A DNA stretch of 64,000 nucleotides from Eledone cirrhosa (lineage: Eukaryota): NCBI GenBank assembly GCA_964016885.1, contig OZ024752.1:8246001-8310000 (forward strand), given 5' to 3'. The notes under the pieces are model-generated. The model searched no databases. It was not told the origin of the DNA and saw only the letters and a program-made list of their open reading frames with translations. Below are positions 23,790-38,696 of the stretch, piece after piece. The number at the start of each line of letters is the position of its first letter. Positions within the stretch are counted from its first letter, which is position 1. The position numbers and the translations under genes are program-made.

Positions 23790-26700
23790 TGCAGGCTATC
23801 AGTAGTTAGAACTGTTGTCCTAGATAGGCTGAGGTACTACAGGAACCACTGTGGACTATCAGTAGTTAGAACTGTTGTCCTAGATAGGCTGAGGTACTAC
23901 AGGAACCACTGTAGACTATCAGTAGTTAGAGCTGTTGTCCTAGACAGGCTAAGGTACTACAGGAACCACTGTGGACTATCAGTAGTTAGAACTGTTGTCC
24001 TAGATAGGCTGAGGTACTACAGGAACCACTGTAGACTATCAGTAGTTAGAACTGTTGTCCTAGACAGACTGAGGTACTACAGGAACCACTGTAGACGATC
24101 AGTAGTTAGAGCTGTTGTCCTAGACAGGCTAAGGTACTACAGGAACCACTGTAGACTATCAGTAGTTAGAACTGTTGTCCTAGACAGGCTGAGGTACTAC
24201 AGGAACCACTGTAGACTATCAGTAGTTAGAACTGTTGTCCTAAACAGGCTAAGGTACTACAGGAACCACTGTGGACTATCAGTAGTTAGAACTGTTGTCC
24301 TAAACAGGCTAAGGTACTACAGGAACCACTGTAGACTATCAGTAGTTAGAACTGTTGTCCTAAACAGGCTAAGGTACTACAGGAACCACTGTAGACTATC
24401 AGTAGTTAGAACTGTTGTCCTAAACAGGCTAAGGTACTACAGGAACCACTGTAGACTATCAGTAGTTAGAACTGTTGTCCTAAACAGGCTAAGGTACTAC
24501 AGGAACCACTGTAGACTATCAGTAGTTAGAACTGTTGTCCTAGACTGGCTGAGGTACTACAGGAACCTCTGTAGACTATCAGTAGTTAGAACTGTTGTCC
24601 TAAACAGGCTAAGGTACTACAGGAACCACTGTAGACTATCAGTAGTTAGAACTGTTGTCCTAGACAGGCTGAGGTACTACAGGGACTGCTGTAGACTATC
24701 AGTAGTTAGAACTGTTGTCCTAGACAGGCTGAGGTACTACAGGAACCACTGTAGACTATCAGTGGTTAGAGCTGTTGTCCTAGACAGGCTGAGGTATTAC
24801 AGGAACCACTGTGGACTATCAGTAGTTAGAGCTGTTGCTGTCCTAGACAGGCTGAAGTACTACAGGAACCACTGTCAGTAGTTAGAACTGTTGTCCTAGA
24901 AAGGCTGAGGTACTACAGGGACCACTGTAGACTATCAGTAGTTAGAACTGTTGTCCTAGACAGACTGAGGTACTACAGGGACCACTGTAGACTATCAGTA
25001 GTTAGAGCTGTTGTCCTAGACAGGCTGAGATACTACAGGGACCACTGTAGACTATCAGTAGTTAGAGCTGTTGTCCTAGACAGGCTGAGATACTACAGGG
25101 ACCACTGTAGACTATCAGTAGTTAGAACTGTTGCTGTCCTAGACAGGCTGAGGTACTACAGGAACCACTGTAGACTATCAGTAGTTAGAACTGTTGTCCT
25201 AGACAGGCTGAGATACTACAGGGACCACTGTAGACTATCAGTAGTTAGAACTGTTGTCCTAAACAGGATTAGGTACTACAGGAACCACTGTAGACTATCA
25301 GTAGTTAGAACTGTTGTCCTAGACAGGCTGAGGTACTACAGACACAACTGTAGACTATCAGTGGTTGGAGCTGTTGTTCTAGACAGTCTGAGGTACTACA
25401 GGAACCACTGTGGACTATCAGTAGTTAGAACTGTTGCTGTCCTAGACAGGCTGAGATACTACAGGGACCACTGTAGACTATCAGTAGTTAGAACTGTTGC
25501 TGTCCTAGACAGGCTGAGGTACTCCAGGGCCCACTGTGGACTATCAGTAGTTAGAACTGTTGTCCTAGACAGGCTGAGATACTACAGGAACCACTGTAGA
25601 CTATCAGTAGTTAGAACTGTTGTCCTAGACAGGCTGAGGTACTACAGGGACCACTGTAGACTATCAGTAGTTAGAACTGTTGTCCTAGACAGGCTGAGAT
25701 ACTACAGGAACCACTGTAGACTATCAGTAGTTAGAACTGTTGTCCTAGACAGGCTGAGATACTACAGGAACCACTGTAGACTATCAGTAGTTAGAACTGT
25801 TGTCCTAGACAGGCTGAGATACTACAGGAACCACTGTAGACTATCAGTAGTTAGAACTGTTGTCCTAGACAGGCTGAGATACTACAGGAACCACTGTAGA
25901 CTATCAGTAGTTAGAACTGTTGTCCTAGACAGGCTGAGATACTACAGGAACCACTGTAGACTATCAGTAGTTAGAACTGTTGTCCTAGACAGGCTGAGAT
26001 ACTACAGGAACCACTGTAGACTATCAGCAGTTAGAACTGTTGTCCTAGACAGGCTGAGATACTACAGGGACCACTGTAGACTATCAGTAGTTAGAACTGT
26101 TGCTGTCCTAGACAGGCTGAGGTACTCCAGGGCCCACTGTGGACTATCAGTAGTTAGAACTGTTGTCCTAGACAGGCTGAGATACTACAGGGACCACTGT
26201 AGACTATCAGTAGTTAGAACTGTTGTCCTAGACAGTCTGAGGTACTACAGGAACCACTGTGGACTATCAGTAGTTAGAACTGTTGTCCTAGACAGGCTGA
26301 GGTACTACAGGAACCACTGTAGACTATCAGTAGTTAGGACTGTTGTCCTAGAAAAGCTGAGGTACTACAGGAACCACTGTGGACTATCAGTAGTTAGAAC
26401 TGTTGTCCTAGACAGGCTGAGGTACTACAGGGACTACTGTAGACTATCAGTAGTTAGGACTGTTGTCCTAGAAAAGCTGAGGTACTACAGGAACCACTGT
26501 GAACTATCAGTAGTTAGAACTGTTGTCCTAGACAGGCTGAGGTACTACAGGGACTACTGTAGACTATCAGTAGTTAGAGCTGTTATCCTAGACAGGCTAA
26601 GGTACTACAGGAACCACTGTAGACTATCAGTAGTTAGAACTGTTGTCCTAGACAGGCTGAGGTACTACAGGGACTACTGTAGACTATCAGTAGTTAGAGC

Positions 26701-29700
26701 TGTTATCCTAGACAGGCTGAGGTACTACAGGAACCACTGTGGACTATCAGTAGTTAGAGCTGTTATCCTAGACAGGCTGAGGTACTACAGGAACCACTGT
26801 GGACTATCAGTAGTTAGAGCTGTTATCCTAGACAGGCTGAGGTACTACAGGAACCTCTGTAGACTATCAGTAGTTAGAACTGTTGTCCTAGACAGGCTAA
26901 GGTACTACAGGAACCACTGTGGACTATCAGTAGTTAGAACTGTTGTCCTAGACAGGCTAAGGTACTACAGGAACCACTGTAGACTATCAGTAGTTAGAAC
27001 TGTTGTCCTAAACAGGCTAAGGTACTACAGGAACCACTGTAGACTATCAGTAGTTAGAACTGTTGTCCTAGACAGGCTGAGGTACTACAGGAACCACTGT
27101 AGACTATCAGTAGTTAGAACTGTTGTCCTAAACAGGCTAAGGTACTACAGGAACCACTGTAGACTATCAGTAGTTAGAACTGTTGTCCTAAACAGGCTAA
27201 GGTACTACAGGAACCACTGTAGACTATCAGTAGTTAGAACTGTTGTCCTAAACAGGCTAAGGTACTACAGGAACCACTGTAGACTATCAGTAGTTAGAAC
27301 TGTTGTCCTAAACAGGCTAAGGTACTACAAGAACCACTGTAGACTATCAGTAGTTAGAACTGTTGTCCTAAACAGGCTGAGGTACTACAGGAACCACTGT
27401 AGACTATCAGTAGTTAGAACTGTTGTCCTAAACAGGCTAAGGTACTACAGGAACCACTGTGGACTATCAGTAGTTAGAACTGTTGTCCTAAACAGGCTAA
27501 GGTACTACAGGAACCACTGTAGACTATCAGTAGTTAGAACTGTTGTCCTAGACAGGCTAAGGTACTACAGGAACCACTGTAGACTATCAGTAGTTAGAAC
27601 TGTTGTCCTAAACAGGCTAAGGTACTACAGGAACCACTGTGGACTATCAGTAGTTAGAACTGTTGTCCTAAACAGGCTAAGGTACTACAGGAACCACTGT
27701 AGACTATCAGTAGTTAGAACTGTTGTCCTAGACAGGCTGAGGTACTACAGGGACCACTGTGGACTATCAGTAGTTAGAACTGTTGTCCAAGACAGGCTGA
27801 GATACTACAGGAACCACTGTAGACTATCAGTAGTTAGAACTGTTGTCCTAGACAGGCTGAGGTACTACAGGAACCACTGTAGACTATCAGTAGTTAGAAC
27901 TGTTGTCCTAGACAGGCTAAGGTACTACAGGAACCACTGTAGACTATCAGTAGTTAGAACTGTTGTCCTAAACAGGCTAAGGTACTACAGGAACCACTGT
28001 GGACTATCAGTAGTTAGAACTGTTGTCCTAAACAGGCTAAGGTACTACAGGAACCACTGTAGACTATCAGTAGTTAGAACTGTTGTCCTAAACAGGCTAA
28101 GGTACTACAGGAACCACTGTGGACTATCAGTAGTTAGAACTGTTGTCCTAAACAGGCTAAGGTACTACAGGAACCACTGTGGACTATCAGTAGTTAGAAC
28201 TGTTGTCCTAAACAGGCTAAGGTACTACAGGAACCACTGTAGACTATCAGTAGTTAGAACTGTTGTCCTAAACAGGCTAAGGTACTACAGGAACCACTGT
28301 GGACTATCAGTAGTTAGAACTGTTGTCCTAAACAGGCTAAGGTACTACAGGAACCACTGTGGACTATCAGTAGTTAGAACTGTTGTCCTAAACAGGCTAA
28401 GGTACTACAGGAACCACTGTAGACTATCAGTAGTTAGAACTGTTGTCCTAAACAGGCTAAGGTACTACAGGAACCACTGTAGACTATCAGTAGTTAGAAC
28501 TGTTGTCCTAAACAGGCTAAGGTACTACAGGAACCACTGTAGACTATCAGTAGTTAGAACTGTTGTCCTAAACAGGCTAAGGTACTACAGGAACCACTGT
28601 AGACTATCAGTAGTTAGAACTGTTGTCCTAAACAGGCTAAGGTACTACATGAACCACTGTAGACTATCAGTAGTTAGAACTGTTGTCCTAGACTGGCTGA
28701 GGTACTACAGGAACCTCTGTAGACTATCAGTAGTTAGAGCTGTTGTCCTAGACAGGCTGAGGTACTACAGGGACTGCTGTAGACTATCAGTAGTTAGAAC
28801 TGTTGTCCTAGACAGGCTGAGGTACTACAGGAACCTCTGTAGACTGTCAGTAGTTAGAGCTGTTGTCCTAGACAGGCTGAGGTACTACAGGAACCACTGT
28901 AGACTATCAGTAGTTAGAACTGTTGTCCTAAACAGGCTAAGGTACTACAGGGACCACTGTAGACTATCAGTAGTTAGAACTGTTGTCCTGGACAGGCTGA
29001 GGTACTATAGGGACCACTGTGGTCTATCAGTAGTTAGAACTGTTGTCCTAGACAGGCTGAGGTACTACAGGAACCACTGTGGACTATCAGTAGTTAGAAC
29101 TGTTGTCCTAGACAGGCTGAGGTACTACAGACACAACTGTAGACTATCAGTGGTTGGAGCTGTTGTCCTAGACAGTCTGAGGTACTACAGGAACCACTGT
29201 GGACTATCAGTAGTTAGAACTGTTGTCCTAGACACTCTGAGGTACTACAGGAACCACTGTGGACTATCAGCAGTTAGAACTGTTGTCCTAGACAGGCTGA
29301 GGTACTACAGGAACCACTGTAGACTATCAGTAGTTAGAACTGTTGTCCTAGACAGGCTGAGGTACTACAGGAACCACTGTAGACTATCAGTAGTTAGAAC
29401 TGTTGTCCTAGACACTCTGAGGTACTACAGGAACCACTGTGGACTATCAGTAGTTAGAACTGTTGTCCTAGACAGGCTGAGGTACTACAGGAACCACTGT
29501 AAACTATCAGTAGTTAGAACTGTTGTCCTAGACACTCTGAGGTACTACAGGAACCACTGTGGACTATCAGTAGTTAGAACTGTTGTCCTAGACAGTCTAA
29601 GGTACTACAGGGACCACTGTGGACTATCAGTAGTTAGAGCTGTTGTCCTAGACAGGCTGAGGTACTACAGGAACCACTGTAGACTATCAGTAGTTAGAAC

Positions 29701-32700
29701 TGTTGTCCTAAACAGGCTAAGGTACTACAGGAACCACTGTAGACTACCAGTAGTTAGAACTGTTGTCCTAGACAGTCTAAGGTACTACAGGGACCACTGT
29801 GGACTATCAGTAGTTAGAGCTGTTGTCCTAGACAGGCTGAGGTACTACAGGAACCACTGTAGACTACCAGTAGTTAGAACTGTTGTCCTAGACAGGCTGA
29901 GGTACTACAGGAACCACTGTAGACTGTCAGTAGTTAGAACTGTTGTCCTAGAAAGGCTGATGTACTAGAGGGAACTCTGTAGACTATCAGTAGTTAGAAC
30001 TGTTGTCCTAGACAGGCTGAGGTACTACAGGAACCACTGTAGACTATCAGTAGTTAGGACTGTTGTCCTAGAAAAGCTGAGGTACTACAGGAACCACTGT
30101 AGACCATCAGTAGTTAGAACTGTTGCTGTCCTAGACAGGCTGAGGTACTACAGGGACCACTGTAGACTATCAGTAGTTAGAACTGTTGTCCTAGACAGGC
30201 TGAGGTACTACAGGAACCACTGTAGACTATCAGTAGTTAGGACTGTTGTCCTAGAAAAGCTGAGGTACTACAGGGACCACTGTAGACTATCAGTAGTTAG
30301 AACTGTTGTCCTAGACAGGCTGGGGTACTACAGGAACCACTGTAGACTATCAGTAGTTAGAGCTGTTGTCCTAGACAGGATTAGGTACTACAGGAACCAC
30401 TGTGGACTATCAGTAGTTAGAACTGTTGTCCTAGACAGGCTGAGGTACTACAGGAACCACTGTGGACTATCAGTAGTTAGAACTGTTGTCCTAGACAGGA
30501 TTAGGTACTACAGGAACCACTGTGGACTATCAGTAGTTAGAACTGTTGTCCTAGACAGGCTGAGGTACTACAGGAACCACTGTGGACTATCAGTAGTTAG
30601 AACTGTTGTCCTAGACAGGATTAGGTACTACAGGAACCACTGTGGACTATCAGTAGTTAGAACTGTTGTCCTAGACAGGCTGAGGTACTACAGGAACCAC
30701 TGTGGACTATCAGTAGTTAGAACTGTTGTCCTAGACAGGCTGAGGTACTACAGGGACCACTGTAGACTATCAGTAGTTAGAACTGTTGTCCTAGACAGGA
30801 TTAGGTACTACAGGAACCACTGTGGACTATCAGTAGTTAGAACTGTTGTCCTAGACAGGATTAGGTACTACAGCAACCACTGTAGACTATCAGCAGTTAG
30901 AACTGTTGTCCTAGACAGGATTAGGTACTACAGGAACCACTGTGGACTATCAGTAGTTAGAACTGTTGTCCTAGACAGGCTGAGGTACTACAGGAACCAC
31001 TGTGGACTATCAGTAGTTAGAACTGTTGTCCTAGACAGGCTGAGGTACTACAGGGACCACTGTAGACTATCAGTAGTTAGGACTGTTGTCCTAGACAGGC
31101 TGAGGTACTACAGGAACCACCGTGGACTATCAGTAGTTAGAACTGTTGTCCTAGACAGGCTGAGATACTACAGGAACCACTGTGGACTATCAGTAGTTAG
31201 AACTGTTGCTGTCCTAGACAGGCTGAGGTACTACAGGGACCACTGTAGACTATCAGTAGTTAGAACTGTTGTCCTAGACAGGCTGAGATACTACAGGAAC
31301 CACTGTGGACTATCATTAGTTAGAGCTGTTGCTGTCCTAGACAGGCTGAGGTACTACAGGAACCACTGTGGACTATCAGTAGTTAGAACTGTTGTCCTAG
31401 ACTGGCTAAGGTACTACAGGAACCACTGTGGACTATCAGTAGTTAGAGCTGTTGTCCTAGACAGGCTAAGGTACTACAGGAACCACTGTGGACTATCAGT
31501 AGTTAGAACTGTTGTCCTAGACAGGCTGAGGTACTACAGGGACTACTGTGGACTATCAGTAGTTAGAACTGTTGTCCTAGACAGGCTAAGGTACTACAGG
31601 AACCACTGTGGACTATCAGTAGTTAGAACTGTTGTCCTAGACAGGCTGAGGTACTACAGGGACTACTGTGGACTATCAGTAGTTAGAACTGTTGTCCTAG
31701 ACAGGCTGAGGTACTACAGGGACTACTGTGGACTATCAGTAGTTAGAACTGTTGTCCTAGACTGGCTAAGGTACTACAGGAACCACTGTGGACTATCAGT
31801 AGTTATAACTGTTGTCCTAGACAGGCTAAGGTACTACAGGGACCACCGTGGACTATCAGTAGTTAGAACTGTTGTCCTAGACAGGCTGAGGTACTACAGA
31901 CATAACTGTAGACTATCAGTAGTTAGAACTGTTGTCCTAGCCAGGCTGAGGTACTACAGGAACCACTGTAGACTATCAGTAGTTAGAACTGTTGTCCTAG
32001 ACAGACTGAGGTACTACAGGGACTGCTGTAGACTATCAGTAGTTAGAGCTGTTGTCCTAAACAGGCTAAGGTACTACAGGGACCACTGTAGACTATCAGT
32101 AGTTAGAACTGTTGTCCTAGACAGGCTGAGGTACTACAGGAACCACCGTGGACTATCAGTAGTTAGAGCTGTTATCCTAGACAGGCTGAGGTACTCCAGG
32201 GCCCACTGTGGACTATCAGTAGTTAGAACTGTTGTCCTAGACAGGCTGAGGTATTACAGGAACCACTATAGACTATCAGTAGTTAGAACTGTTGTCCTAG
32301 ACAGGCTGAGGTACTACAGGAACCACTATAGACTATCAGCAGTTAGAACTGTTGTCCTAGACAGGCTGAGGTACTACAGGAACCACTGTAGACTATCAGT
32401 AGTTAGAACTGTTGTCCTAGACAGGCTGAGGTACTACAGGAACCACTGTAGACTATCAGTAGTTAGAACTGTTGTCCTAGACAGGCTGAGGTACTACAGG
32501 AACCACTGTAGACTATCAGTAGTTAGAACTGTTGTCCTAGACAGGCTGAGATACTACAGGAACCACTATAGACTATCAGTAGTTAGAACTGTTGTCCTAG
32601 ACAGGCTGAGGTACTACAGGGACCTCTGTAGACTATCAGTAGTTAGAACTGTTGTCCTAGACAGGCTGAGGTACTACAGGAACCACTGTAGACTATCAGT

Positions 32701-33996
32701 AGTTAGAACTGTTGTCCTAAACAGGCTAAGGTACTACAGGAACCACTGTAGACTATCAGTAGTTAGAACTGTTGTCCTAAACAGGCTAAGGTACTACAGG
32801 AACCACTGTAGACTATCAGTAGTTAGAACTGTTGTCCTAGACAGGCTGAGGTATTACAGGAACCACTATAGACTATCAGTAGTTAGAACTGTTGTCCTAG
32901 ACAGGCTGAGGTACTACAGGGACCTCTGTAGACTATCAGTAGTTAGAACTGTTGTCCTAGACAGGCTGAGGTACTACAGGAACCACTGTAGACTATCAGT
33001 AGTTAGAACTGTTGTCCTAAACAGGCTAAGGTACTACAGGAACCACTGTAGACTATCAGTAGTTAGAACTGTTGTCCTAGACAGGCTGAGGTACTACAGG
33101 GACCACTGTAGACTATCAGTAGTTAGAACTGTTGTCCTAGACAGGCTGAGGTACTACAGGAACCACTGTAGACTATCAGTAGTTAGAACTGTTGTCCTAG
33201 ACAGGATTAGGTACTACAGGAACCACTGTGGACTATCAGTAGTTAGAACTGTTGTCCTAGACAGGCTGAGGTACTACAGGGACCACTGTAGACTATCAGT
33301 AGTTAGAACTGTTGTCCTAGACAGGCTGAGGTACTACAGGAACCACTGTAGACTATCAGCAGTTAGAACTGTTGTCATAGACAGGCTGAGGTACTACAGG
33401 AACCACTGTGGACTATCAGTAGTTAGAACTGTTGTCCTAGACAGGCTGAGGTACTACAGACACAACTGTAGACTATCAGTGGTTGGAGCTGTTGTTCTAG
33501 ACAGGCTGAGGTACTACAGGGACCACTGTGGACTATCAGTAGTTAGGACTGTTGTCCTAGACAGGCTGAGGTACTACAGGAACCACTGTGGACTATCAGT
33601 AGTTAGGACTGTTGTCCTGGACAGGCTGAGGCACTATAGGGACCACTGTGGTCTATCAGTAGTTAGAACTGTTGTCCTAGACAGGCTGAGGTACTACAGG
33701 AACCACTGTGGACTATCAGTAGTTAGAACTGTTGTCCTAAACAGGCTAAGGTACTACAGGGACCACTGTAGACTATCAGTAGTTAGAACTGTTGTCCTAG
33801 ACAGGCTAAGGTACTACAGGGACCACTGTGGACTATCAGTAGTTAGAACTGTTGTCCTAGACAGGCTGAGGTACTACAGGGCCCACTGTGGACTATCAGT
33901 AGTTAGAACTGTTGCTGTCCTAGACAGGCTGATGTACTACAGGGACCACTGTGGACTAAGTCAGTACTAAGAGCTGTTGCTGTCCTAGACAGGCTG
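23790..33996. repeat. 60-bp satellite array (about 170 copies, 10.2 kb)
   Basis: Unit ACTATCAGTAGTTAGAACTGTTGTCCTAGACAGGCTGAGGTACTACAGGAACCACTGTAG with 63-bp variants. Confidence 0.98.
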
Positions 33997-34269
33997 GGGG
34001 TCACCATCTCACATTCCATTTTGAAATGGTTTCTTCAACTGGATGCCTTTCTTAACACCAATCACTTTACAGAGTCTACTGAGTCCATTTTATCATAGCA
34101 GCAGCTTTAAAGATGTTTTCATGTCTATAACATGACTGAAGAGTCCTATCAACCTGTTCTCACATGATTTCTATGACTGGATGTCACAACAGCGTCCCTA
34201 TAACTCCATTAGGAACTAGGAAAATGAATCTAAGAAAAAAAATACTATTCAAGGATTATTAACATAAGG

Positions 34270-34365
34270 AAGGAAAGCATCTTGGGGCTGTGTTCACAAG
34301 TGATGGAAGGCAGGATTCTGAATTAAGTGCAAGAATTGCAGGAGATGGTGCAGTAATGTGCCAGA
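34270..34365 (+). pseudogene. Rex3/Expander-like RTE RT-thumb fragment
   Basis: KHLGAVFTSDGRQDSELSARIAGDGAVM resembles the YLGxxFTSxGR...EIDRRIGxAxAVM motif. Confidence 0.6.
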
Positions 34366-34469
34366 AAATTGCCTTAAAATGTTTGTTGTTGTTCATGTAT
34401 TTTCACTGGATCATATATTTAGAATTTAGGTTTTCAAGGTCCAATAAATAAATCACATACTAATAGTAA

Positions 34470-34870
34470 CAAGTGCGACTTATGTACAAGTATAAATAAT
34501 CACAAGTTCGACTTATACATGAGTATAAATAAACCACAAATACGTCTTATATACAAGTGTAAATAAGTCACAAGTGCGACTTATACACAAGTATAAATAG
34601 ATCACAAATACGACTTATCCACAAGTATAAATAAATCACGTGACTTATACACAAATATAAATAAACCACAAGTGCGACTTATACACGGCTATAAATGAAT
34701 CACAAATACGCCTTATACACAAGTATAAATGAATCACAAATACGCCTTATACGCAAGTATAAATGAATCACAAGTACACCTTATACACAAGTATAAATGA
34801 ATCACAAATATGCCGTATACACAAGTATAAATGAATCACAAATATGTCTTATACACAAGTATATACGAGT
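34470..34870. repeat. Degenerate ~34-bp minisatellite
   Basis: Unit similar to AAGTATAAATGAATCACAAATACGCCTTATACAC. Confidence 0.85.
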
Positions 34871-36513
34871 ATAAACAACATATAAGGGTTCTAATTTAGC
34901 AGATAATTTTATATGGCATCCAATAGGAATCGTATTTTTTTAATTAAAATTTGGAAATAGCAAATAAGCCAAAATCAGATAGGAATAGTAGTAGTGAAAT
35001 TGTAGAGTAATCTGCTACTTGTAGCCCCTGACAAGCCTGACAAGACATGGCGGATGAAAAGAGTTTGAGTATTTAGTTCACCTATGAATGCCGAGCTAAA
35101 TACAGGCGCTATGGTCCCCTGACACTTGTGAAAGGATTCTTGACAGTTATTGTCAGGGATGTGAATGTGCGAATAGTATTGTTGTTACAGTAGAAACACC
35201 GACACAATACTTGAATAGAATTTGTTGTTTTTTTTTATTTCAAAACTAGAAAGGTCACAGAAATAGCTATATGGTTAGTTTTCTATTGACTGTGATAGAA
35301 ACCATGGCTGCAGTAGTGAGGACTGTTTTACAGCTCAGATGGTTGTCATAGTAACGGTTAATGGAGACAGATGATGTCAGAAGAAACAGGGGGGGGGGAG
35401 TTGATTAAGTGAACAATAAACTGACAGGAGGCAATAGTTAAGCTGTTTTAGAAATGGCTTTTTTGTTCATCAAATTTTTTTCCTTTATTAGCAGAACATC
35501 TTGCTCACAGACAAAGAACCAGAGCATTATATTATCCCTTTATTGATAAAATTTATCAAATAAGCATATTCTGTCGACAGTTGAATTCAAATTTTTATTT
35601 GATTTTTTAAAAAATTCTGTGATTTTTAAAAAACAAAAATACGTCCATTCATACATAATTTATTCTCAAAGGAAAGAAGTGTAATGAATACATAACATTA
35701 TAAAGATTATTTTATTAATGCCACCGTGTACATTAATAAATGGAACTTCTTTTGAAGCTTCTGATGTGCAATTGTAACAATTATTGATTAGAGGATATAT
35801 GAGATAAAAGAAGAAAAAAAATCTCTAAAAAGGGTTTCGTGGAATGTCTCAGTTGGTTTTGAATATCTTCTATAAATCTTAGATGGAAGACAATAATTTG
35901 AACTGAAGGTAGAGGCAGCGAGAGTGTATCAACATCAGTTGTTTTTATAGATTACGTACAGAAGATTACATCTGCCATGAAAGGTTGTACAATAAACAAA
36001 AACATTTATATAATTGTCTATTTTTATTAATGTATGCAATTGTGGAATATAAGCTGCTTTGTATATAATAGGCTTGCTGACGAATGGAAGATTTTAGTAC
36101 AATATCTGTAAATGAGTGGAAGATTTTAGTTGATAAAAAAATTAGTAGGTCATTGCTACAAACTATTTTGATTGTTGTACGTAGAATATTTTGATTAATG
36201 TATAAAATACATATCATCTGCTTTGTATAAAATGTCTGCTGGTGAGTGGAAGATGTTAGTACAATGTCTGCTGTTGAGTGGAAGATTTTCGTACAATATG
36301 TCTGCTGCAGAATGGAAGATTTTTAGTTGATAAAAAAAAAAAGTAGGTCATTGCTACGAACAATTTTGAATTGTCGGTTGTAAAATATTTTGATTGCTGC
36401 ATGGAATATCGCAGTGAATACGTGGAATAAATTGGTTAACATGCGAAATATGATATAATTGGACTGGTTTCACTTAGATTGTAGTTAACTGCTACGAACT
36501 AGTTTGATTTTTC

Positions 36514-37730
36514 CATCATCATCATCATCATTACCACCGCTTAACGTCTATTTTTCCATTCTAGCATGGGTTAGACGAGTTGTTGTGAGATAGGCCAGGT
36601 CAGGTGACCATGTCTTGCTCATACAAAACGGATTTGGGCTTGGTTTCTACGACTGGATGCCCTTCCTAACGCCAAACACATTTACAGTGAATACTAGGTG
36701 CTTTTTGTTGGGATACCTACACGACTACATTACAGTGTGTACTGTGTGTTTTTTATAGTGAAACCTACATGACCACTTTACAGTGTGGGCCAGGAGCTAT
36801 TTGTTGTGACACCTACAGGACAACTTTATAGTATGGACTGGGTACCTTTTGTTGTGACACCTACACAACCACTTTACAGTGTGTACTGGGTCCTTTTGTC
36901 ATGACACCTACACAACCACTTTACTGTGTGTACTGGGTACCTTTTGTTGTGACACCTACACAACCACTTTACAGTGTGTACTGGGTACCTTTTGTCGTGA
37001 CACCTACACAACCACTTTACAGTATGTACTGGGTACCTTTTGTTGTGACACCTACACAACCACTTTACAGTGTGGGCTGGGTACCTCTTGTTGTGACACC
37101 TACACAACCACTTTACAGTATGTACTGGGTACCTTTTGTTGTGACACCTACACAACCACTTTACAGTGTGGACTGGGTACCTCTTGTTGTGACACCTACA
37201 CAACCACTTTACAGTATGTACTGGGTACCTTTTGTTGTGACACCTACACAACCACTTTACAGTGTGGACTGGGTACCTCTTGTTGTGACACCTACACAAC
37301 CACTTTACAGTGTGGACTGGGGTCTTTGGTGGGAGAGGTGGGTATTTGGGTGTGTATGAGGGGCAGAGTGTTAGGACATGGGAGGGGGGGGAGGCCCATC
37401 AGATGTATGCTTCAGCCTGTGCTCATGGGAGGTGAAGGTGGTGTATATTATATATATGCTTCAGCCTGCGCTCATGGGAAGGCTGGTCTTCTGTATTACT
37501 GCATAACACCAGAGATCTTGTGTCATCACCTTTGAGAGCTGCAATTGTGCAAGGTCAGCTTTTATCACCTCATCCCAAGTCTTCCTGGGTCTCCCCACTC
37601 CAAGTCTTCCATCAACTTTGAGCACTCTGCACTTTTTTTATACAGCTGCCATCCTTCACATGCATCACATGTCCATACCAATGCAATCTCCTCTCCTGCA
37701 CACTGCATCTGATTCCTCTTATGCCTAGTT
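36514..37730 (-). mobile_element. Old 5'-truncated RTE copy with 48-bp unit expanded in its 3' UTR (~36700-37320)
   Basis: (CAT)n tail at 36514, RTE 3' UTR motifs, and minus-strand LGIRGIRCSVQERRLHWYGHVM...GRPRKTWDEVI at 37560-37730. Confidence 0.85.
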
Positions 37731-38164
37731 CATCTCTCTCAGTTCGTTTATACTTCGCCATTCACGTATATTACTATTACACATCCATCGGAGCATGCCA
37801 GCTTCATTTCTTTCCAATCTCCGCAGGTACATATTTTATCAATCTCTATGTCGAACCGCTATTTTTTTATGATTTAGTGTTAAAGAATAAAAACTCAAAG
37901 ATAAAATAAAATTATATTTAAAAAAATGCTTACAGATTAATTCACAAGTGGGACGTTCAGTTGGTGGAATAATTGAATGCTCATCGTTAAAACTGGTGGA
38001 GGACCCTTTATAGTGGCTGCAGTTTGAAAGAATGGAAATAAATTATGAATTACCATCACCGTTGGCAACAAATATGTTTTACATCATTAAAAAGAAGAAA
38101 CTAGAAGAGTTTTGTCCAAGAAATATAATACTGTCTTGTCATCATCATTATCATCATCTTCATT

Positions 38165-38510
38165 TGCAGCATAGAGTTACGGCCCTTTATGATCTGAGTT
38201 CAAATCCCACCGAGGTTAACTTTGCCTTTTATTTTTACGGGGTCGATAAAATAAAGCACCAGTAACGTACTGGGGTCAATTTAACCGACCCCCCCCCCAA
38301 AAAAAAAAAATGACTGGCCTTGTGCCTATACTAGAAATGATTATCATCTTCATTTTATGGCCACTTTCCATACTAGCATGGGTTGGATGGGTTGTTACAG
38401 TTCAAGTGGGTTCTTGGTGTTACTGGCCCTGTAGGTGGCTCAGGAGATCTTGGCATGCTCACGTGGTCCCTACAGCTAGATGCCCTTCCAAACACCAACC
38501 ACTTTACAAT
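38165..38510. mobile_element. SINE family A fragment (+) abutting an RTE-type tail (-)
   Basis: GTTCAAATCCCACCGAGGTTAACTTTGCC...GGGGTCGATAAAATAAAG, then TTTCCATACTAGCATGGGTTGGATGG...GATGCCCTTCC. Confidence 0.7.
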
Positions 38511-38696
38511 GAAAAACGTTTTATTTATAAAAATTAGAAAAAATCCTAAACAAATCTATTTCAAATAACGACAACACTACAAATGTTTAAAAACAGAAGA
38601 GGAAGGGAAGGGCAAAGGCTTGAGGGTCACAGAGGAATGTGAGGTGGAAGGGCTCCAGGACTAGGGTGTGGTGGTGTTGGGGCTGTGCCTTGTGAA

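Noticed and set aside
25361-29968. 1535-aa ORF (RLSVVRTVVLDRLRYYRNHC)n and neighbours
   Set aside because: Read-through of a 60-bp unit that lacks a stop in one frame. It lies in a retroposon tail, has a frameshift (~24875) and a stop, and has no unique coding ends.
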